A DNA stretch of 64,000 bases from Prorocentrum cordatum. Taxonomy: Eukaryota. Of this stretch, positions 38,877 to 49,945 are shown piece by piece. The notes beneath the pieces were generated by a model, which saw nothing but the letters and a program-made list of their open reading frames with translations, was not told where the DNA came from and ran no database searches. The stretch lies in the NCBI GenBank assembly GCA_963575745.1, contig CAUYUJ010000303.1, forward strand, positions 372,001-436,000, in the 5' to 3' direction. Position 1 is the first letter of the stretch; every line of letters begins with the position of its first letter. The position numbers were made by a program, and so were the translations under genes.

Positions 38877-39319
38877 TACTCACATCATTCTTCTCGTTCA
38901 AAGGCTTGGCAGCGCTTGGACGTGTGCATTTTTTATCGGCAAGGGCCATCGAGGAGCATTATTGTTCACGCTGCGAGAAAAAACGCACGAATGAACGAAC
39001 GGAAAGTCATACTCCTTAGGCGCGTGGACTCGTGCAAACTAGCTACTCATGTAGAAATTGACGACTCTAGACTTCCATGCTTCTGCGTCACTCACATCGA
39101 CGTTCAACTGCGCAGCGACCTTACCAATCTGAGCCGACCAAAAAACGCACGAAGCCGAAAACATGCACAGGGAATAGACGCCCGAGCCATGGCGAGGAGG
39201 ACGGGCTGGGCTCCTTCGCAGCACGAGACCTCGCCCGAGCGGCAGGCCCATCGGGCGCTCCTCATGCGAGGGGCTCGGCGCCTCCCGCAGTGGAGATTAG
39301 CAGTCGTGTTGGCTCGGGG

Positions 39320-39432
39320 CCCTCCTCCTCCCCTCCTCCTCCTCCTCCTCCTCCTCCTCCTCCTCCTCCTCCTCCTCCTCCTCCTCCTCCTCCTCCTCCT
39401 CTCCTCCTCCCCATCCTTCCTTATCCTCCTCC
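39320..39432. repeat. (CCT)n tract
   Basis: Visible directly in the sequence. Confidence 0.95.
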
Positions 39433-39754
39433 TGCCGTTTCTGCCGTTTCTCGCTCAGCCAGCGTCTTCTCATGCGCCCGCGGCGCGGAACGCGCCGCAG
39501 CAGCCCACCAGGGCCGTGTGGGCACTCAGACGGCGGCCCCGGGAACCCGACTCCGAGGAAGAGAGAGGACCAGGGACCAACGAATACCTCGGAGGAGGGG
39601 AGAGGGGCCGGGTTTTCAAAAAAGGGAGGCCCGACAGGGCCTTTGGCGGGCGCCGCGCGCGCCCGCGCCCGCGGGCGTCAGGCGCACGGCGCGCGGCCAG
39701 GCCGTCGGCCTCTTCGTGGGCCAGCGGCCGCACGGCGGCGGCTTCTCGTAGTTT

Positions 39755-41690
39755 TCGAACCTGTGGTATTGCTTGACTCTGTAGTGCGTGAACCTGTGGT
39801 ACTCGCCCCAGTCGTGCTGGTCAAGTGGTACTGCTTGACTCTGCGGTGCTCGAAACTGTGCTTCTCGCTACAGACGTGCTAGGTCAACGTAGTACGGCTT
39901 GGCTCCGTGGTTCACGAGCTGTGGTACTCGACTCAATCATGATGGTCGTCGTAGTACAGCCTGAAACTGTGGTGCCAAGCCTGTGGTACTCGACCCAGTC
40001 GCGTTGGTTGATGTGATAGTGCTTGACTCGGTGGTCCTCGATCCTGTGGTACTCGACTCGGCCGTGCTGGTCGGCGATGATGGCGGGAGGTGGTGGTGGA
40101 GTGGATGGTCGGTTGGGGGGATCCCCAGCCCTTGTAGTTGCTTGTCGTGCGTGCTGGTTGGTGGGTCGTTGGGAGGTCGGCTTGTTGCTGGTGTTGTGGT
40201 ATGGGTCGTGGGCGCACATATGAGGCCTCCATGCACCGACTTCAAATGGGGGTCGTGGCGGCCCCACCTCGTCCCGCTATGGCTAGGGGTCACAGTGCCC
40301 TCGGTGGGGGCGAACCCCAGGCCTGGTGCTTACTTCTGTCGGTGTGGGATGTATCGGCTGCCTTGCGCTTCGCCCATTGGGCGCTCGGGTAGCCCCTCCT
40401 CCGCCATGGGGATGGTGGGGGTGGCGAGCTAGGGCGGCCCGCGGGGGCGCAGGTAGTGGACCACCTGCCCCCCCCTGCCCCTCACCGTCCCCCCTGGTAG
40501 GCGCGGGTAGTACTCGTCCTGCCCCCCCACCCTTCGAGCCCGTCTCGAAGTTTGATCCATGCCTCACCAGGGCAGCGTTGACTTGTAAAGAGGTGCGGTG
40601 GGCCATACAAGGGTTGTGAGTGATGGTCGATCGGTGGTACAACATGGTAGTAGAGGTCGAATACCGTATGGCCAGCTGGTAACCACTGAGTTGTATACGT
40701 ACGATCGCTGCCTGAGTGCATACAGCAAAACGTAGCGACTTGTGCCTGGGGTGTTCCCACGCATTCGGGGCTTCCCCAGGACTTGCGTCCTAACGCCCCA
40801 TGCAAAACTTGGCGACGCTGCCTGAGGTGTTCCCACGCATTCGGGGCTTCCTCAGGACTTGAGTCCTGACGCCATAGTGCTTGTCGTCGAAGACGCTCTT
40901 CGCCGCGGACAGCCCTGTGGTACTCGACGTGGTCGTGCTCGAACCTGCGGTACTCGATATAGTCGTGCTGGTACAAGTGGCAGTGCTTGACTCAGTGGCG
41001 CCCGCACCTGTGGTGTTCGGCACAGTCATGCTGGTCAACATGGTAGTGCTTGTCTCCGCGGTGCACGGACCTATGGTACTCGGCTCCGACGTGCTGGTCG
41101 ACGTAGCACTGCTTGCACTGCTTGACTCCTATGGTGCACAAGCCTGTGGTGCTCGAGTCATTCTTGCTGCCCATCTGCCAAGAAATAACAAAATACCGTA
41201 CAATGATAGACTGGGCGCTTTGCTGCCTCTGCCCAGAGAGGATAAATACTCGCATCGAAATCACTGGCAGAACGAATGCGTGATATAACCAATAAGAATA
41301 CCCGAGGGGAGGCACGCTCCGTCGCCTTTGAGGGATCGTGCCCACCCGCATGGGCGCTACGGCCCCCCCCCCTCGAGAATGGCAAGCCATCGAAGTCCAT
41401 GAAAACACATACTCGAATTTTCACTCGGTCGTGCTGGTCACGCAAAATACTCAGACAGTAAATTCAGTAAGATACGCAGTCCCTCGATCGCTCAGTCGGT
41501 AAAATATTGCAAAATAGTAATGCACTCAGTCCACTGGACGTATTGCAAAATCTGCAATACTGCAAAATAGTTATCCACTCACGACTCAGTTGTGCAGGTC
41601 GACGTGATATTGCCTGAGCCTGTGGGCCCGAACTTGTGGTGCTCGACCCAGTCGTGCTGGTCGACGTAGTACTGCGCGCATCTGTGAGTG
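39755..41690. repeat. Degenerate short-period repeat region (GTGGTACTCGAC / GTCGTGCTGGTC), possibly the 3' UTR of element E
   Basis: Recurring 12-mers, plus a ~55-bp duplication at ~40745 and ~40821. Confidence 0.6.
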
Positions 41691-41693
41691 CTG

Positions 41694-42715
41694 CTAGCGG
41701 CGGTGGCTGCCCCGCGCCCTGTGACAGTCGTGCCCCAGCTGTTCTGGCTCTGTGTAATGGTCCAGTGGCGCGTAGAAGCTGTGGTAGTACTCGTCTGTCT
41801 CGGCCCACAGTGCTTCGTCGTCTGCGAGCTGCCCCCAGTGGGCTGCGAAGGCTGCTGCCATTGCCTTGCACAACCTCGAAGGATATTCTTTGAGAGGGGC
41901 CGTCCTCCAGCCGCCCTGCCCGTCGCGTCCGCAAGCGCGGTCGCGTCCACGATGTCCGCACAGTTGACCACCGGGCATTGCTCCGAGCTCTTGCGTGAGT
42001 TCACTGAGGTGTGCCGCCAGCAGACACGTTGGCTTTCGCGCGGCCTGCCCAAACTGGCACTGGTTGACGTAGTGTTGCTGGACGTTCGTCTGCTCCAACA
42101 GCCACAGAGTCTCCGCTCGATGCCAGCTACTCGGCGCTTGAGGACACCAGGTAGCTGGGGCAGGATGTTCGAGGATCGCGGAAACGTTGCACTGCAAGCC
42201 CGTGGTGATGAGCAGTATGGTTGAGCGAGCAACGACATATGTACATGTACGCCCTCCGCGATCTTGAATGCACGAACGTCCTCGTTCAAACGCCCCCCAA
42301 GGGAAGCTAACCGCGTACGTGTACATATGTTGCTGGCCTCTGAATGGTTGTCCTGTAGAGTTCGCTGGCCAGTGCTAGCTGCTGGAGTTCCGTTTGGTTG
42401 GCTGCTTGCATGCCCCAGGGGAAGTCGCGGGTGCGTAGTGGGCGCGGGGCGTTTGCTTCAGTGGCGCGCCAACGTGACGAGCGCCGCGCCTCGCGCGGAG
42501 GGCCGGCCACGATGCCGAAGATTTTGCCATGACGTATCGCCGCACACCAAAAGGCAATCGCGTCTGGCTTGGTCAGGTCGCCTTTGTCTGGGTCGATCTG
42601 CACATCGACTGATAACACTATCACATTGCATTCCCGAATGCGCATCTCGAAATGGTGCTGGAAATCCTCCACTCGGCGTCTTCCAGAGAAGAGGTGTAGC
42701 AAGAACATGGTCGTG
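41694..42715 (-). pseudogene. C5 cytosine methyltransferase-like domain at the C-terminus of LINE E ORF2
   Basis: Motif I LHLFSG; VLSVD and GDL; motif IV VAGPPR (C>R); motif VI ILEHP; QCQFG..RKPT; KEYPSRLCKAMA. Interrupted by a MITE. Confidence 0.75.
42224..42343. mobile_element. 120-bp MITE-like insertion with 7-bp target-site duplication ATGGTTG
   Basis: TSD at 42217-42223 and 42344-42350. Inverted arms ACATATGTACATGTACGC / GCGTACGTGTACATATGT. Removal restores LYRTTILLI. Confidence 0.85.
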
Positions 42716-42949
42716 GTGGCCATGGGCCTGCACGGTACACAGGTCCTTGTTGATGGCGTCTCCGCTTGAAGAGTCGCTGCTGCGGGAGGCGCAGGCGAGA
42801 GCTGGAGCTGGCGTTGGTCGATGTGGTCGGCGAGCTCAATGTGGATGATCTGCTGCACAGGCACAAGCGCCTTAGTAGCTCCGTGGCCCATCGCTCTCCT
42901 CGTCGCCACCGCTTCACGTTCTTCATCGCGTCGATCGGCTGCCTCCTGT

Positions 42950-45286
42950 AGATCCATTGGAACTTCAATTGCCTGGAGAACTGCGAGGCACCTGGGGCAT
43001 CTTCTCAGGTGCTTGAGTATGCGCGAGCGCGCGATGAAGTCCTTCCCGCACCAAGGGCATGTTGTCGAACGGGCGAGTAGTTCAGGAAGGTCACAGCCGA
43101 CGTGTTCCATGGTGCGGTGGCGCTTCCAGGCTCCTCGTGTTTTCAGGACCTTGCCGCACTCGTAGCAGATGTAACCACTGTGTTGTGTAGGTGGTCGTCC
43201 GTCAAAGTTGGGCGTGGTAAGTCCGAAGTCTTGCGCGAGCCGATGTAGCTGTCGCTGCCAGAGCCGATGTCGGTATACGTCGTGCTGCCAGGACTTGTAC
43301 CTAAGCCAGGCGCGCGTGACCATGGATTGTGCGGAATGCTCGCGTTTTGCTCGCACACATCGTACAAAATCCTTGATGTCGCTGCCAAGGTCCTCGTCGT
43401 CCAGCAGGAAGCGTTTGATCCAATCCAGGTCCTCGACGATAAGCACGTTCCAGGCCTTGCTGTCCGCCCAAAGCTCGTCGATGAGTCGGTGGAGGAATGG
43501 CGCATCCGCATGCAGCATTCGGATGAAGTGCAGCAGGCGGCGTCGTCGCAGGGACATGTGGATCGGGACTTCATCGCAGAGAAGGTAGATCTCGTCGTCC
43601 AGGGTGTGCAAGTGTCCCGCCCCATGTCGCTGTTGTCATGCCGCAGCTCGGAGACTCGCCATATGTCGGCTCTGCAGCATCTGTTTCTGTTGTACTGTCA
43701 ACGGGCCCCATATTTCGCAGTCGTAGGTCAACTTGCTCTGCACCAGTGCCGTGAGGTACTGCATCTTGGCTTTGAGGCCGATGTGCGGAAGTCGGTAGAT
43801 GGATTTCTTCAGGGGGCCCTCCGCAGATCTGTGATCGATGATGCGTCGCATTAGGTTTGGCCCTTCGCTGCCGTCGCTTGCTACTACGTTGCCCAATGTG
43901 AGTCCCTGGGTCGTGACTTCAGCTGTGGTAGCGTCGATGCTGGTCAGCGGTTGGCCCTCCTCGCGGTGCAGCGTGACAGGGTTGGTCTGGAAGATCTTCG
44001 CCTTGATGTGCTGCTTGGCGTGTTCGTCGATTTGCAGCAGGGCTTTGGTCTTCTTGGGGTGCAGCTCGTGCCCGAAGATCTTAAGTCTCCTCGCATTGAT
44101 GGGCAATCTGTCAAAGATATTGCTCACGATTTTTGTATTGTCCCCGAGTACGCACAGGAAGGTCGCATCGTCCATGAATGATACTTCTGGTAGGGCCCCT
44201 TCGTGGTCTCGAAGGTGGCCTGTGGTGGTAATGGCTTGCTCTCCCACAGGTGGTAGCTGCAGTGAGTAGCCCTCCGCATGCAACTCCTGCTCCAGCGGGC
44301 CCAGGGCGTGCGCGAAGCTGATGTTGAAGATGAGGTCGGCCAGGCCGTTGCCTGGGCGTGTGCCTTTTGCGGCCCTCCGCGCACAGTTCGTCTCCGCGCA
44401 CTTGGAAAAAGGTCGTGTCGTGTGCCTCTTCCAGCTGGAATCGGAGGTTCTCGTCGACATCGTTGAGCGCTAGGTAGCCAGGGGCTGCGATCAAGTGCTG
44501 GATGGCAGGCATGAGCCATTCTGGTGGGTCGCAGCCTGCCATAATCTTGTGAAGCCACGGCTTGTCACCCCCCCGCCCCAGGACGAACTCACGGATGACG
44601 GAGTAGAAGGCCTGCCGGAGGTCTAACAGGATGCCGACGGCGCTGAGGCGCTTGCGCTTGCAGATCCTGAAGAACGCCTTGATGGTGCGGGTGGAGTACG
44701 CGCCAGACTTCTTCGGGATCCCGCCATGCTGGGTGACGCGGAGCAGACAACTGCAGACCCGCAGCGTCGTTGTGCGAAGCCATTTGTGGTAATGCTTGGC
44801 CACCGTGTTGTTGAGGGGGATCGACCTGTAGTACTCCAGTAGAGACCTCGTGCCGCTGCCCTTGTGAAGCTTGACTGCGATGCCTGCCTTGAATTGGATT
44901 GGTTCGCGGCCTCGCATGATCGTCTTCAGGATGACAGGATACCAGTGGCGGGCTGGTTCCTCGGGTGCAAGTTTGAAGATGTCGTCGAGGTTGCCGTCAG
45001 GTCCTCCTGCGCGTCCCTTCTTGCCGTCCGCGAAGCTCTCCACCAGGTCGTTGAGTGTCATGAGCAGGTGCGGCGAGACCTCGTCGGGTGGTGACCTGCC
45101 AGTATGGCTGCTGTTGTAGCCGTCCGTGAGGTCATACTTGTCCCTGATGTCTGCTGACTCGATGTTGGCGAAATGCTGGAGCGTGGCACGGCTGATCTCG
45201 CTCTGGGTGCCCATGATGGTGCCATCGGAGTGCTGCATGGTAGGTAGCGCGTTGTCGTACTTTGGTTTGCGGCCGCCGTGAATCAA
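42950..45286 (-). pseudogene. Reverse transcriptase, thumb and two C2H2-type zinc fingers of LINE E (frameshifted)
   Basis: RAGGPDG, YRSI, QHGG, LDLRQAFYSV, GTRPG, FMDD, LGNVV; CYECGK..H..H and CPWCGK..H..C. Confidence 0.9.
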
Positions 45287-45643
45287 GATCTTCTTGGTCA
45301 GCTGCCATTCGGACCTGGCGTCTCGTGCTGTTCTACTGTCTGCCAGTTTGGTACCAAGGTCCTGGAAGTACTGGTTGCGGTCGATGCTGAGCTGGTGCCT
45401 GAATGTGTCCTTAGTGTGGGCGATGAAGGACCTTGCGGCGTCGTGCGCAATGCCAAGGCAGCCAGTAGTGCGACAAGAGCTGCGACGGAGTTGAACCAGC
45501 TGTCTTCCGCGTGGGCGTAGGCCAGCGCCTTACAACAGAGCTTCTTGCGGAATGCTTCTAGTGGTGCTGGGTCTCCATTGTTCGTGTAGGTCAGCGTGGA
45601 GCTATCCGCGTATCTGCGTAGTCGCAATTGTCGCATACTGGCC

Positions 45644-47917
45644 TCAGAGATTGGCATTGCAAGGTGCGAGCGGGTCCCGTCCGAAGTGCTGCTTCGTCTT
45701 GTCGGCAATGAGCCCTGCCGTCTCGTGGTAGTGATCGTTGACGTCGGCCCTCCATGGTGGTAGCCTGGTGCTGTTCAGGTCCTGCTTGAAGGCGGTGATG
45801 CACTCGGGGTTCTTGAGCTTGTTGGTGTCCAACTGGGTGGCGCTCTTCAGATTGCGGTGGCGACCGATGATGTCACCCACGACTTCTACAAGCACTGGCA
45901 GGTGATCAGTGGTCGAGTCGAAGCTGTTCTGAGCGCCGCTGTTCCTCCGCTTGCTGTGCTCGTTCTTCTTCTTCTTGGCGCCAGGCTTCCGGAAGTCCTT
46001 CAACACTGTGCAAGCTGCCACGCACTTGAATCGGCAGGGAGCCATGGCGACGTAGTCGATGCGGTTGGAGACCCCATCCTTGTGGTATGTGTAGTCGTCG
46101 CTGTCCCCGTAGTAGGTGTTGACGACATGCAGGTGACCGTTGGCGACCGTCTCATGGAGTTCGTGGCCGTTCTTGTCGGCCAACTGATTAGGACCCTTCT
46201 GGCCCAGCCACAGCGAGTCCTCTCCATCTTTGTGTCCTAGTTTGGCGTTCGCGTCGATGAGCACGATCTCTGGCTTCCATGTGTCGCACAGCTCTCTGAA
46301 GTGTTCCCACCGCCCACTGATGTCCTTGGCCTTCTGGTACGGGGCGTGGGCAACGGCGATGACGTGGTGGAACAAGGGGGCATGTACGCGTACAAAGAGC
46401 ATCCTGGCCGAAGAGTGCAATCTTGTGAGCTGGGCCTGCTTGAAGTACAGGTCCTTCCCTTTGAGTTGTCCGTGCGGGATCTCGGCGTTGAGGAGCAGTG
46501 CGCAGCCCCAGTTGCCGTCCTGCGCGTCGCTCTGGATGTTGATGGATCCTTGTCCCGTCCATATGGCCTCCTCACAGCGTGTCTCTTGCAGCCCGGCGAC
46601 ATGTACCTTCAGGTCAAGGAGCTGGGCTCTGACCAGAGTTCCTTTGCTGGATATGTCCAGGTGCAGGTCTGTGGAAGTAAAGTCGCCTATCATGGACTGG
46701 GCGTTGTACTGCACGATGTTGAGCTTCAGTATGCCCTTGTTGTAGCTGTCCACGGTGAGGTCGGGGATGTGGTCTGCTTCCGCCGTCTGTGGTGCGGCGT
46801 GCTCCTCGAGCCGTCCGTGCGTCCAGGTTGGGTACGCATGTAGGTCCCTGCAGGCTGGTTTGTCCATCCAGGCCCATACGAGCGTGCTGTTGTACCGTTC
46901 GATGTTAACTAGTTCTTCAGCTGGCGGCGGTGGTGCCGGTTGGAGTGCTGCATATTTTGACAAAATATTTGCTGCTTCGTTCCAGGGTGCGTCTCGGTGA
47001 GCATGTGTACGTTCGAAGCTGATGGCCTTGGTGAGTTGGAGCTGCTGGAATAGTATTCGTGTGAACCTCGCGAGCGGGCGGTTCCTACTCGATCTAATCC
47101 TCGATGTTCCAGCTGCTGCGCCCAGGGCTGCGGTGTTGTCGCCGATGATAACGATCTCATGCGCGTCGTCCTCCTGAATACATGCGATACCAGCCCAGAG
47201 CAAAGCTCCCAGTTCGGGGCTAGTACTGGAAGTGATGTTGTTGGCCATCTCCTCGCTGAATGACAGGGCGTGGTTGGAATACATGTGTCTGTAGTAGGCG
47301 ATGCCCTGGTCTTCTTCCTTCAAGTGGACCACCGCCCATGCCGATGTGCATGGCGCCTTGGCGTGGTAGGAAGCGTCGGTGAAGTAGTAGTGCCGCTTCA
47401 CAGAGGCCGAGGGTCTCGGGGGCGCAAGTTGCCTTACCGCCAGCCTTGTGTGCTCGCGCAGGTCGTGGTCCTCGAGGTCGTGGTGCCATGTCAGCGTCTG
47501 GACGTGATGTTGGAATTGTCGCGGTAGACACTGTGGTGTTCCAATATTGGCATGGCGTCGTTGGATGCTGCTGGTGCTGCTGCGCAGTTCGGTATCATGC
47601 ATTCGTCTGTGCGTTGCTGGTCTGGTTCTTCTTCGACGTCGCCTCCTGCGCTCGCATCGCAGGTAGTCGTCGCTGTGATCGCAGTCATCGTTGGTGCAGT
47701 AGTTGTCTTGCGTTCTGTCGGCAGTTATGCTGCACTTGGGTGGGATGCGGAAGGGGTGCATTGCTGTGGTTGTTAGGCAGTGTGGTGCGGAGGTGGAATG
47801 GTACTGCAGTCCAGTCGGGTAGCAGTGAGTGCCGCGGTAGCACTTGAAGGGAGCATTGCGCGTCGAGGTTGTACGTCTTGCTGGGACTGCTGGTGTTGTC
47901 TGGGCTTCGTAGCGCAA
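45644..47917 (-). CDS. RNase H domain followed by APE endonuclease in one reading frame (N-terminal part of LINE E ORF2)
   Basis: RNase H: YFTDAS, PELGA, IIGDN, HAH..PWNEAAN. APE: QYNAQS, GLQETR, IDANA, YTY..NRIDYV, DHLPV. Confidence 0.85.
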   Translation of the reverse strand: MRYEAQTTPAVPARRTTSTRNAPFKCYRGTHCYPTGLQYHSTSAPHCLTTTAMHPFRIPPKCSITADRTQDNYCTNDDCDHSDDYLRCERRRRRRRRTRPATHRRMHDTELRSSTSSIQRRHANIGTPQCLPRQFQHHVQTLTWHHDLEDHDLREHTRLAVRQLAPPRPSASVKRHYYFTDASYHAKAPCTSAWAVVHLKEEDQGIAYYRHMYSNHALSFSEEMANNITSSTSPELGALLWAGIACIQEDDAHEIVIIGDNTAALGAAAGTSRIRSSRNRPLARFTRILFQQLQLTKAISFERTHAHRDAPWNEAANILSKYAALQPAPPPPAEELVNIERYNSTLVWAWMDKPACRDLHAYPTWTHGRLEEHAAPQTAEADHIPDLTVDSYNKGILKLNIVQYNAQSMIGDFTSTDLHLDISSKGTLVRAQLLDLKVHVAGLQETRCEEAIWTGQGSINIQSDAQDGNWGCALLLNAEIPHGQLKGKDLYFKQAQLTRLHSSARMLFVRVHAPLFHHVIAVAHAPYQKAKDISGRWEHFRELCDTWKPEIVLIDANAKLGHKDGEDSLWLGQKGPNQLADKNGHELHETVANGHLHVVNTYYGDSDDYTYHKDGVSNRIDYVAMAPCRFKCVAACTVLKDFRKPGAKKKKNEHSKRRNSGAQNSFDSTTDHLPVLVEVVGDIIGRHRNLKSATQLDTNKLKNPECITAFKQDLNSTRLPPWRADVNDHYHETAGLIADKTKQHFGRDPLAPCNANL

Positions 47918-49945
47918 GCTGGAGGTGACTGCGCGGGCTCCACGTGGGCAGCTGGGATGCAGGGTGCGGGGTTCGCCCGCGGCGTGCTCCTCCCCCGAGG
48001 TGTCGGTGGTATTTGACAGCGCACCTCATCGAAGTTCAAGTTGTCCGATCCAGCCCGCACGGCCTGACTGAACAGGGGCTCGTGGGCATGGAGCATGCCG
48101 TCACGTAGACGATGAGGTTTGCCGTCAGGGGCGTCGGCGTGGCCCGTGGCGCTCGAGGCGTGGTGCGAGCCAGCTGCTACCTCGGAGAGCGTTTGCCTGC
48201 GCTTAGCTGTTCGCGGTGGGCTGTGTGGGGCGGTCGTGGCTGGAGCCAATGGTGGTGCTGGCGCAGCTTGGTGCTCGCTGGACATGGTTGGACACCCCAA
48301 CACGACATCGCTGGCACGAGAGCAAGGCTTCGACCACCCTCCCGCCGGAGGCATGCCCCCGCGCCTTCGCACCTGCAAGGGGAATCATCCCGCAGCTGCT
48401 CGGGGGGGGCAGGTCCGCGCGTCGGCGGCCTTGCAGTGTGAGGCGACCCCGCGCTGGCGCGCCAACGAAGACAGGTCCTGGTCGGTGTGTTGTGCTGCTC
48501 GAGCTCGACTACGTTGTGAGGTTGCTCTGATGGTGGGGGCCGAGGCGTTGGTCCCCAAGTAGTGCGCGCAGTCGTGCCGCTGCCGCTGTGGTCCCGCCTC
48601 GGGCACCCCAGAATGTCGTCCGTAGCTTGGGATGTAGTCGGGGCAGCTGGCGGGCGGTCAGTGTTGTTGGTCGGAACGTTGGAACGGTGGGCAAGTGGGT
48701 CGCAGTTGTGCTCCGCTGGATGTGCTGATTCGTAAGGCTGAGTACGATCTGGCAATACTTCGTCGTCGCTGCGGATGTTGTCGGCGAGTGCGTCGAAAGA
48801 GTTTTTTGTCGAGGTCACGTCGCGACCTGAAGTAGTCTCCATCCTGGGTAGCCGTCTGCGTAACCTTCGGCGCTTCGCCGCTCTCTTGGCTGCTGCTACC
48901 ACTGTGGCGTCGTTGAGGTGCGGTTCTGTTGGTGTTGGGCTGTTGTCGTTGCTGTCAAGGTATGTGTCTTGGTGCTGCTCAAGCTCGTCGGCACGGATTG
49001 GCCCGTGCTGGAGTTGTCGTTCGCAATCGGTAGGCTTATGGGGCGCGGGGGGGAACCCTTCGCTGTTTCGTGATGCCGTCGTATGTGCATTGAATTTGGC
49101 TGTCACAGGTGGACTAGCCAGCCCCCTTGGGGTCTTTCTGCTTGTCTTGCAGTCCTCTTGCGAGCCAAAATGGCTGGTGGTGGGAGGTTGGCGCGAGGGC
49201 CAGGCTCCGTCGGCTGCAAGTGTCGGATACTCATAGAGGGCCCGGCGCTGGGAAACCTCCAGACGGGGTGTCTCTGGTAGTCTCGACCTGCTGCCTGGGC
49301 CCGCCTCCGCGTGGCTGTGCAGCCTGGGCTGCGGCGCCGCACGGACCGCCGCAGCTCCCGCGGAGTGGGATGTTGGCTCTGGCGTGGCCAAGGGGTGTCG
49401 CATTGGTCCACGCTGCTGGTACTGTGGCTGGCTGCCCGAGTAGCTCTCCCACTCTTGTTGCAGCCTCGCCCCGTCGTAGTGCTGGTTGTCTGCGTGCGCC
49501 CTGTCGGCCTGGGGGGGACTCCTAGGTAAGCCACGCGGCGCGGCCTGAGGGAGTCGCTCAGGTCCGCGCTTGGAGCGCTCATGCTTGGCGTCGCCATCCT
49601 GTGGGCGGCCCCCACCCTTGCCCACAGTTGCGGCGTCTAGAGAGCTGATAGCGCAGATGGTTCGTCTGCTGCGTCTTTTGGGTCGAGGCTCCCTAGTGGA
49701 GCGTTGGTGGTCTGAAGCGGATGCGGCATCCCCAAGGCTCGCATCGGCTTGGGCGTAGCGATGTAGTGTGATGGAAGCTAAGTGCGATTGTGCGCGGCCG
49801 GCCAGGGGCCGTGGGTGGGAGGGGCAGGGCGTAGGCTCGTCACCGCGCGGGTCTCTGAGTCTGGGCCCCATATCCCCGTGGTCTTCTGGTGTGGTTGGTT
49901 GGACGCAGGTCTGGGCCAGTCGCCCCCCAGCCTGCGTACTCCCTC

